Part shown: one piece after another, positions 36,528-44,200 of the stretch
How positions within the stretch are numbered: the stretch's first letter is position 1
Layout: each line of letters starts with the position of its first letter
IMG/VR virus record: IMGVR_UViG_3300005095_000128
Span: 19,582 to 83,581 of that record
Source: a virus
Length of the DNA stretch: 64,000 nucleotides
Reading direction: 5' to 3' (one strand)
The notes under the pieces: generated by a model
Seen by the model: only the letters and a program-made list of their open reading frames with translations
What the model was told of the DNA's origin: nothing
The model's database searches: none
Program-made: the position numbers and the translations under genes

Positions 36528-36929
36528 ATGGCTGGCTATGTTGAAGCAGCGCAAACGAAGCTAGCACACCTCAACCACGCACATAAAGATAGTCTATCTC
36601 ATGAAGTTTACGTTGAAGGCAAGTTAGTAGCGCTTATCCGGTCACATGGACCATCGCGCACCGTATTTATCGAAGCTTTCAAGGATGGTGAACAATGCCT
36701 TCACGTAAGCGTGCAACTCAGCAATGAGGGGGATATATACGACATCAAGGTGTACAAGCTTGGCGGCGGGTTGCAGTTGGTTGGGAACGAAATAACTATC
36801 CTTGATAGTTGTAGCGTTGAGTATATACGCATCGTTAGTGGTGGCCCGCCACCGGTGATGACGGTCAACATCAGGAAGGTTGCGCGACAGCAAGAAGTTG
36901 CCTCTGTGCTCATCTCCTACCTAAGCTAG
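36528..36929 (+). CDS. Hypothetical beta-rich protein
   Basis: ATG shortly after extended -10 TGTTATAGT. Confidence 0.55.
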   Translation: MAGYVEAAQTKLAHLNHAHKDSLSHEVYVEGKLVALIRSHGPSRTVFIEAFKDGEQCLHVSVQLSNEGDIYDIKVYKLGGGLQLVGNEITILDSCSVEYIRIVSGGPPPVMTVNIRKVARQQEVASVLISYLS

Positions 36930-36944
36930 TGGTGGTGATGTGCA

Positions 36945-37691
36945 ATGTGCCAGCTACAAGGTTTTAGACTCCTCCATAGCCAGGACGGCGGAGTTGTTCG
37001 CCTCAGCGCCCATATGGGCCAGGACGGCGTACTATTCCGCGAGGAGGGCCCTAATGGCGAGCTCGACATCACTATCGATGGCAAGCTCATCCTCATCCAG
37101 GAACACGGTGAGGGCGAATACGCAAGCATAGACATCAATGATGACGGAAGCGTCGATGTCGTTGACCAAAGCAACAACGTAATCGCTCGAGCCAATGGCG
37201 CTATCGTCATCAACGGCACAACGACATACGTTCTCGTCGTGCGCCCATCCGGTCACACTATCACCGTGGATCGCGACGGCATCTACCGGGTGTCGGCAAG
37301 CTTCGGCGACGGTAGCCCGGTAAGCACGAAAGCTATCTACGGCGACGACTCCATCTTCATGTCACGTGACAAGGTGGCTTACACGTTGGATCGTGAGCAC
37401 CTCTTCGTATCGGTTCGCCTATGCGACCAGAGCGGGATAGCGCTTATCACGTTGCAAAGCACTCTTACCGGCGAAGATGCGACCCTACTAGCTACCCAAA
37501 ATGGTGGGTTCATTCCAGCCGATGGCTCGGCTCAAATCGAGCTTGGCTTGGGCGACGTGAATGTGTACGTCAACGGTAGCAGGTTAACGGTGAGTAGGTC
37601 TAGCGCTAGCAGCGGCTCGTGTGGCGACATTAACATGCGATACGATGGGGAGTCGCTCCTGCATGTTATCCTCGACGAGCAACAACCCTAA
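36945..37691 (+). CDS. Hypothetical beta-hairpin-repeat protein
   Basis: 248 aa of short strand-DG/NG-turn units. Confidence 0.65.
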   Translation: MCQLQGFRLLHSQDGGVVRLSAHMGQDGVLFREEGPNGELDITIDGKLILIQEHGEGEYASIDINDDGSVDVVDQSNNVIARANGAIVINGTTTYVLVVRPSGHTITVDRDGIYRVSASFGDGSPVSTKAIYGDDSIFMSRDKVAYTLDREHLFVSVRLCDQSGIALITLQSTLTGEDATLLATQNGGFIPADGSAQIELGLGDVNVYVNGSRLTVSRSSASSGSCGDINMRYDGESLLHVILDEQQP

Positions 37692-37697
37692 CCCGAC

Positions 37698-37727
37698 CTG
37701 TCGAAGGGCGTTAGCCCTTCGCAGCGG
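37698..37727. repeat. 30-bp palindromic element, exact inverted copy at 43051-43080, related copy at 41188-41212
   Basis: CTGTCGAAGGGCGTTAGCCCTTCGCAGCGG is the reverse complement of CCGCTGCGAAGGGCTAACGCCCTTCGACAG. Confidence 0.9.
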
Positions 37728-38253
37728 CAACGTGCGCACCATGCTCACCAATAGCAAAGACAAGGCAAAGATCACCGTAGCTGACCACGAGCTCACCATC
37801 TATGCGATCGTTGGTAAACGCACCAACGGAAAAAGCGCCCTACTTATTGTCATAGGCGATGATAATGAACAAGACCAGCAGCTAGGTATACGCTTGGATT
37901 TTTGACGCTCGACAGTTGTCTGTTGGTTGGTTTGTCTTGGGGTTTTGTCGGCGCTTGTGTGGCTAGCAGAGGGGTGGCCTAGCCTTCGTTTGCTTTTGGG
38001 GTTGTGAGTTTTGGCTTTTTGCGCTTGGTGCTTGGCTGGGTATCGGGGTGCTTTATTGGGGGATTCTACGCTCGAGAAAAAAGAGAGTACCCCCTCCCTC
38101 TTCAGTTGCTTCCTCGATGGAAAGTGTTCTCTCCCTCACAATCCATAATCATTCTAACAACACTTCCCACATTCCTTGAGTCCCTCACGCTCAGGCTTGC
38201 TGAGCTTGGCCGCCCATAGGGTATAAACTTTGACTGAGTTCAAAAACGCTAGA

Positions 38254-38348
38254 AAATGCGATAAGCATGGGCTTTATGCGCTACGCAGCATAAATGCGAT
38301 AAGCATGCATACTTTACATATGCATAGCGGAAAAATGCGATAAGCATG
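38254..38348. repeat. Three direct repeats AAATGCGATAAGCATG (iteron-like)
   Basis: Copies at 38254, 38292 and 38333 in AT-richer non-coding DNA. Confidence 0.85.
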
Positions 38349-38566
38349 GGTTTTATGCAAGCCGTCTGAGCTTGCCTACAGCATACCCCCCTGGGGGCGC
38401 TGAGGGGGATAGGCTTAGGGTGGGCTTGCGATAGATACGCAAAGCTTTACTTTTGTATAGCGTCTTGGAGGGATTCTAGGAAATGCGCATAGAAAGTGCG
38501 TAGATATGCGTGATATGAGGGATAGAATGCATAAGTTGGAATGTGTGTTCTGGTGCACATATGGGC

Positions 38567-38598
38567 TTGACACTAGGGTAGCATATATGCTACCCTAG
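38567..38598 (+). promoter_or_regulatory. Early promoter overlapped by a perfect 26-bp palindrome
   Basis: TTGACA followed by CTAGGGTAGCATATATGCTACCCTAG, which contains TGnTACCCT. Confidence 0.75.
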
Positions 38599-38615
38599 GG
38601 GCGTAGGGGGATGTT

Positions 38616-38804
38616 ATGAGCAAGCGCTACCGGCAAATCTACCTTGAGCAAGCCCAGGCGTATGTTGTTACGGCCTGGAAAGATGGCAAGCGGGCCGAGC
38701 GTCATGTGTTTACCCGCTACACTGATGCATCCGCATGCGCCGATGAACTGCTAAAACGATATGACGACGTACGCATGGTGTGCCCTGGTACTCCTGAGCC
38801 ATAA
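38616..38804 (+). CDS. Small early hypothetical protein
   Basis: SD AGGGGG, first ORF after the promoter. Confidence 0.6.
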   Translation: MSKRYRQIYLEQAQAYVVTAWKDGKRAERHVFTRYTDASACADELLKRYDDVRMVCPGTPEP

Positions 38805-38848
38805 GCGGGATAGGGGCCTTTGGCCCCTATCCTACCCCCCCTATCCTA

Positions 38849-38915
38849 CCCCCTCATGGCCGGCCGCCTTGACGCGGCGAGGGGGCTCCCCCGAGAGGGG
38901 GTCTAAGTGCCGGCC
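38849..38915 (+). ncRNA. HDV-like ribozyme candidate 1 (non-canonical)
   Basis: P1 CCCCCTC/GAGGGGG; P2 GGCCGGC/GCCGGCC; P3 GCC/GGC; L3 TTGACGC; P4 CCCCC-GAGA-GGGGG; J4/2 CTAAG with putative catalytic C at 38903. Confidence 0.75.
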
Positions 38916-39045
38916 GGGGACCTTGAAAGCCTAGCCCATGCGCCGCCCCGCCCATGCGCGTATGCCCCCGCGTATGGGCATAGGGGTAGGCTAGGGGCGC
39001 GTTAGGCCCATACGCGCGTAAGCGCGTATGGGCTAGGGGGTAAAA

Positions 39046-39477
39046 ATGACCTGGAGCGAATACTCACGCGAATACGAAAAACTAACTAAGGCTATCCAGG
39101 ACGCACTTGCGGCGCACCTTGGCAAGGGCGCCGCCAAGCGCTTGGTGTCCGCCGGCGAATCGGCGGCGCTGAACACCCTAAAGGCCTTAGACCCGGCCAA
39201 GGGCCGGGAACTGGCCAAGGCGCTTGACGCCTTGGCCGCCCAAGCGCGTAACGTGGCCTTAGATACGGCCACGGAATACGCAAGGCAAGCGCTTCAGGCG
39301 CGTGAGCGATACGAAAAAACGCTCAGCAAGCTCAACGCGCGTTTTTCGAGCAAAGGCGATAAGGTAAGTATTGCCCTAATGGGTAATACTTACACTTTTG
39401 TAATCAAGGCCGGGGGGCGCTTGGAGCTCATCCCCAAGACCCCACGGGGGGCCAAGGGCCCCCGCCGGCGCAAGTAA
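39046..39477 (+). CDS. Ala/Lys-rich basic hypothetical protein between the two ribozyme folds
   Basis: 143 aa, SD AGGGGGT, helical, with basic tail KTPRGAKGPRRRK. Confidence 0.75.
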   Translation: MTWSEYSREYEKLTKAIQDALAAHLGKGAAKRLVSAGESAALNTLKALDPAKGRELAKALDALAAQARNVALDTATEYARQALQARERYEKTLSKLNARFSSKGDKVSIALMGNTYTFVIKAGGRLELIPKTPRGAKGPRRRK

Positions 39478-39479
39478 GG

Positions 39480-40136
39480 CATAGGCGCATGGGCTAGGCT
39501 CAGGGGGCGGATTATCCCGCCCCCTAAAATAAACCCGGCAAGCCATAATCATCATAAACATTTTTCCAGGCTTGCCGGGCGGCGCGAAGGCCGGAGTGAG
39601 TCCAAGCTCCGGCCGGGGCCGCGGTTGCGCTTGCATCCCGGCCCTAAATACGCGGCCTAGTATTCGGCCGCGTATCGCGCCGGAATTTTTGAACAAATAA
39701 AGCGGGACTCCCTACGCGCTTGCCGCCGGCGCGTAGGGGTTTAGCGAAACGGCGGTGTGCCCCGGTAGGGGGTGCAAAAGTAGGCCACGGGCTTAGGGTC
39801 CTTGCGCTAGCCCGGGCATATGCGTGTACATGCTGCCATACGTTTAGTATCACGCCGCGCAACATATGCTTACGCAAGCTCGCCCGGCTACCTGGCTCCG
39901 GGTAGCCGTAGCCCGTGCTAGCGCGTAGAGAGGACGTGGCAACCCCGCCTATGGGCGGGCGGGGTTATGGCCGTGGCCGGGGCGCGTAGCGATATGCGCT
40001 AACGCAAGGCATTGCGCCGGAAAAGACTTCGTGCGCCCTAGGTGGACCACTGCACCACCCGATTGGTATTTGAACCGGCTAGCGGGTGGTGTGCAAGTGG
40101 TCTACCGACTCGGGTGGTGAATGCAGCCCGAGGTAT
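39480..40136 (+). ncRNA. ~650 nt densely structured non-coding segment
   Basis: Near-continuous hairpins and multiway junctions, with no credible ORF. Confidence 0.55.
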
Positions 40137-40205
40137 CCCCCGCGAATCCGCCCCGCCTTGACGTGGCGCGGGGGCTCGGCGCGTAGGCGCCGCGAAGAGG
40201 GCGGA
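40137..40205 (+). ncRNA. HDV-like ribozyme candidate 2 (non-canonical)
   Basis: P1 CCCCCGC/GCGGGGG; P2 TCCGCCC/GGGCGGA; P3 GCC/GGC; L3 TTGACGT; P4 CGGCGC-GTAG-GCGCCG; J4/2 CGAAG with putative catalytic C at 40193. Confidence 0.75.
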
Positions 40206-40254
40206 AGCCCGTAAGTCCTGACCCGCATGGGCAGGCTGGGCAAGGGGGTATACA

Positions 40255-40698
40255 ATGCTCAAGGGCATGCAAGTGCAGCGCAAGGCGGAAGTGCGTGGGA
40301 ACAACGTCAAGCTTCGTTATATCATCGAAAAAGATGGTGCATCGCATGGGATCTTCAACCAGGGCGGAACAAACAACGGCAAAACTGGCGTACTAAACCA
40401 CCTTTTGGCATACGAGCTCGCAAAAGATGTGTTTCCAAGCCTAACCGAGAGGGAAGTGGTCGAAGCGTTTGGCGAGTTCTACTTCCCAGATGGAACTTGG
40501 CTCGATTCTGGCGGCTACTACTATTCTATTGTGGCCACATACAAGGACAAAAACGTGATCACACAGGTGCACCGTGCAATCTTTGATTGGCTCCGTCGCG
40601 GCATAGAAGCAGCCGCGGCGCTTGAAGAGCGCCGCGGGCTCGAGCGGTGGCTCTGGGAAGAAGCCACCTTTAGCTTGGATGGACGGAGGGTTGGCTAA
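40255..40698 (+). CDS. Early hypothetical protein
   Basis: SD AAGGGGGT, 50 nt downstream of ribozyme 2. Confidence 0.7.
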   Translation: MLKGMQVQRKAEVRGNNVKLRYIIEKDGASHGIFNQGGTNNGKTGVLNHLLAYELAKDVFPSLTEREVVEAFGEFYFPDGTWLDSGGYYYSIVATYKDKNVITQVHRAIFDWLRRGIEAAAALEERRGLERWLWEEATFSLDGRRVG

Positions 40699-41030
40699 TG
40701 CGATACAGAATCGTTTACCGCGCCCCGGGGGTTCTTCCCCGGGGTACCAGGCGGGAGGAGTATTCCTCCCGCGACAAGGCAATGGCCCGTGCGGTGGAGC
40801 TAAGCCGCGCGGGGTACATGGTCGAGGTCTACCCCGTTTACCCGCGTCCAAACGGGCGCGAGTGGCGGGGTACGCCCCTACGCCTGGAGCCTAGGCCGGC
40901 GTAGGGGTGATAGGGCATGGCCAAGGTACGCCGCTACCCCGCCCCGCCCAGCAAGGGGCGGGGCTACTATCCCACATGGCTCGAGCGAGACGCCGGGCCA
41001 CTGGGCAAGTTTTCGTGGCGGAGGAAGTAA
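40698..41030 (+). CDS. Two small basic ORFs (40698-40904; 40917-41030, MAKVRRYPAPP..., 37 aa)
   Basis: SDs GGAGGG and AGGGGTGA, followed by a terminator. Confidence 0.55.
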
Positions 41031-41057
41031 AGTACCCTCCGCCACGCAAGTAAGCTC

Positions 41058-41108
41058 GAGCCCTGGGACTTTGGCCCCAGGGCTTTTATTTTTTTGTTTT
41101 TATTTTTG
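41058..41108 (+). terminator. Strong intrinsic terminator
   Basis: AGCCCTGGG...CCCAGGGCT followed by a long T tract. Confidence 0.9.
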
Positions 41109-41225
41109 AGCACACAAACCTAGTTTCCCGGTCTATATTTCCGCGCGGTGTAGGCCGGGGTTTTGCAGTTTACGCGCGGGCATGTGACTGCGAAGGGCAA
41201 AGCCCTTCGCAGAAAGGAGGATGAA

Positions 41226-44200
41226 ATGCCAAAGTATATGGTCACCTACAACCAGCCCGGCTACCTCCCCGAGTCGGAACCCATCTACGCCGACTCGGTG
41301 GAGGAAGCCATCGAGGCATATCGGCATGTAGTTGAAGACATCCTCGAGGCTGGCCCACTCGACACGGCCGGCCTCAAGGAAACCATCCTTCGCTTTGGCG
41401 GGGTGGCTGGCACATTCGCCACCCCCGAAGGTATCTGGTACGCGGTCGACATTGACCTTGTACCGGAAGGCAACGGAGGGGGTGAGATTTAGGTAAAAAT
41501 CTTAGTCGGCTCGGGGTGTTGCCTGCACCCCACTAGGCGGAGCCCTGGGGTTTGGGTCATATTTGGGAATCATTTTAGCGCCAACCCTAGGGCTCAGGAG
41601 CTTTTTGTGCCTTGCTTATCGCATTTGAACTCGGTACAAAAATCCATTTTTACCAAAGAATCGCTCCAAATAACTCATTCGCACGCGATTTTCCGCGTGC
41701 GCATCGGCATTCCCGCGCTCCGGTCGGGCGCGGATACGAGCTCGTGAAACACTGGAAACTTTTTAGGGCTTGTATCCGCCCTAGGAGCGATTGGCATTTT
41801 TCGCGATAGGCAAGGCAAGTGAAGAAAGAGCACAAGCGTGAAACATATGGGGGTTCGAGATGCAGGCTAAGGTAGTCGTCAAGCGGCTTGAGGACCAAGA
41901 GGTCCTAGAGGTACAGCACGCGCCGAGCGTGCGCACGCTCCTGCACTACGCCCTCGCGCGGGGCGTGGATGTGGGGTTCCCCGTCGCATCCGGCGGGGAA
42001 TACACGTTCGAGCTCCTAGGCGATCGCCTTGCGCATGTGGTGCAGGGCGATGCTGAGTTCATGCGGCAGCTTGCGGACCTGACTGCCTTGCTGGTTTTCC
42101 GGCTTGAGGACTGCATGCCCGAGTCGGTACGCAAGCGGGCACGAAAAGCGTTCGCTACTGAAGACGTCGCTCAAGCGGTCTGGAACGCCTTCCGGGCGCT
42201 GCTGGACGCGGGGTTCCATGCCCGCAAGTGGTGCCCGGAGAAGGTCGTGGAAATCCTGAAGGAGGGATAGCGTGCGGGTGAATGTTCATGTACATGACAT
42301 GCCCGAATACGGGCTAATCTCGGTGGATTGGAAAGACGCAAAGATGGAAAACAACATGCGGCAGTTGCGTCTCAAAAGACGGCGGATTTGGTTCGTCCCA
42401 AGCAAGCGCACCACCGAACGTCTCCTCGACGCCATCCGCCAGCTCCTCGACGCTGACCCCGAAGTAGACCAAGCCGCCAAAAACGCCGTCCTGGACGCAA
42501 TCAAATCGGCAAAGGGCTGGTGGCTCGACCTGGACAACAACACCATTGAGCTTGAAGTGAGTGGGAGGTGATTTTTGCGATGCCCAAGGCAAATCTCGAA
42601 GTCAAGGAAGCCTTGCGGTTGATCCGCAAGCTCGAGCGTAGGGTCAAGAAATCCCTTGCCCATCGGGATTCTGCCCTCGCCGAGCTCGCCGAGGCTCGGC
42701 GGGCGATCCAAGAAGGCCGATGGGAATGGGCAGAATTGTTCATCCGCGATGTGAAGGAGGCGCTCCAATGGGCCAACCGATAGCTAATCTGGCACGAAAC
42801 ACAAAGGTCAACCGAAGGGGTAGCATATATGTTGCCGTGGCAAAAGCCCCAGGCTACCCCGCGTTGGGTTATCCCAAATGGTGGGATGACCAAGATGTAA
42901 TACGCGCTTACATTGTTGACTTGGTGCAAATAGGTTTGGTGCATCTAGTGAAGGGGGGTGAAAGTGGTGAAGCGTTATATCTAGGTGGGGAGTAGTGGTG
43001 ATTAGTGGTAGTAGGTCTAAAGGCGTTTTGGGGTGTGGTGAAGTCCCGTTCCGCTGCGAAGGGCTAACGCCCTTCGACAGCAATAGCTAGTGGGAGGTGA
43101 GAAAATGACGAAAGATCTGGTGCTCGTGAATTTGTACGACCGCGGCCTTCGGCAGTTCGACAACTTCCTCTTCGCTATCTTCAAGCGCGAGGAGCTAATC
43201 AAGACGGCTAAATGGCTTCTGCAGGCGCACAAGCGCTTGCAGGGCGTTGACGAAGTGGACCCGCTCACCGGCGTGATCTTACGTACAGAGAATCCGCTCG
43301 TCATGTTCGAGTACGCGCCGGCGTTGAGTGAGGTAGTTCCCGCTCCCGAGAAACTTCGCGAAAGCATGATCGGCGTCTCAGAAGAGACTAAGAACCGCAT
43401 CCTCGAGCTCGTGGAGCAGCACAGGCTTGCGTTGCCTGTCGCGCTAACGCATATGACGTACTATCCAGAGTTCAGCACGAATGGCATCATCGGCATTGAG
43501 GCAGAAAGTGAGTACAACAACCTTGCAACGATCTACGTTGACAAGGACTACTTCATGCGGTGGATTGGGGGTGATGCGAATGAAAATCAATAGGTACGAT
43601 AACGGCGAACTCGTTGTGGAGATCGAATCACCACAACTACTACGAATCTCGTCTGAGACAGCGGACGAGGTTCTTCCGGTTCTGGTCGTCGATAGCAACA
43701 CCATCGCGATCGATCGCATGAAAGTCACTTTGCGCGACGGCGACGCGCGGTCGATTGCGATGGAAATCAAACGCGCCGACGAAGCCGCATACCGCGACCT
43801 TGCCGTTCAAGCGCGTATGCCACTCATCGCCTACGTGGCGTATTGGTGGAGGCCGCAAACTACCGAATACGAAATCATCGAGCGCTTTCGCCATTTTTGG
43901 CCAAACCTCCCCGACGAATACACTCTTGCATTTTTCGATTTTGAGCCAAATGAAGACGGGTATGTGATCGCGTACCCGGATAAATACCGCATTGTCTTTG
44001 ACGAGGACCGCGATGCGTACATTGGTATCGAAGATGGCGGGGGCTACATCGCTTCGATCTGGCTCCCGCCGCGGTTAGTGAGCGCTTACGTGTTCGAGGG
44101 TTCACAGCTTCTACCGGCGGGCTTAGCTATTGGCATGCCAGAGGGTAAGAAAAACCGGCTTGGGCAAATCATCACTTAGGGGGGTGAATCCTATGGGCAA

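Noticed and set aside
38254-38348. Mini CRISPR array
   Set aside because: The repeat is only 16 bp with 22-25 nt gaps that resemble each other, and there are no cas genes. Iterons fit better.
38573-38598. Resemblance of the palindrome to the EBV EBNA1 site
   Set aside because: Biologically irrelevant in a bacteriophage and treated as coincidence.
38869-40163. TTGACG at 38869 and 40158 as -35 promoter boxes
   Set aside because: There is no -10 hexamer 16-18 nt downstream. Both sit in L3 of the ribozyme-like folds.
38805-40250. Hammerhead ribozymes in the structured region
   Set aside because: No CUGANGA...GAAA core with flanking stems was found by eye on either strand.
39376-40347. Short ORFs predicted within the structured region (39376-39696, 39644-39877, 39720-39905, 40038-40310)
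   Set aside because: They lack SDs and have low-complexity Arg/Pro/Ala translations typical of GC-rich non-coding DNA.
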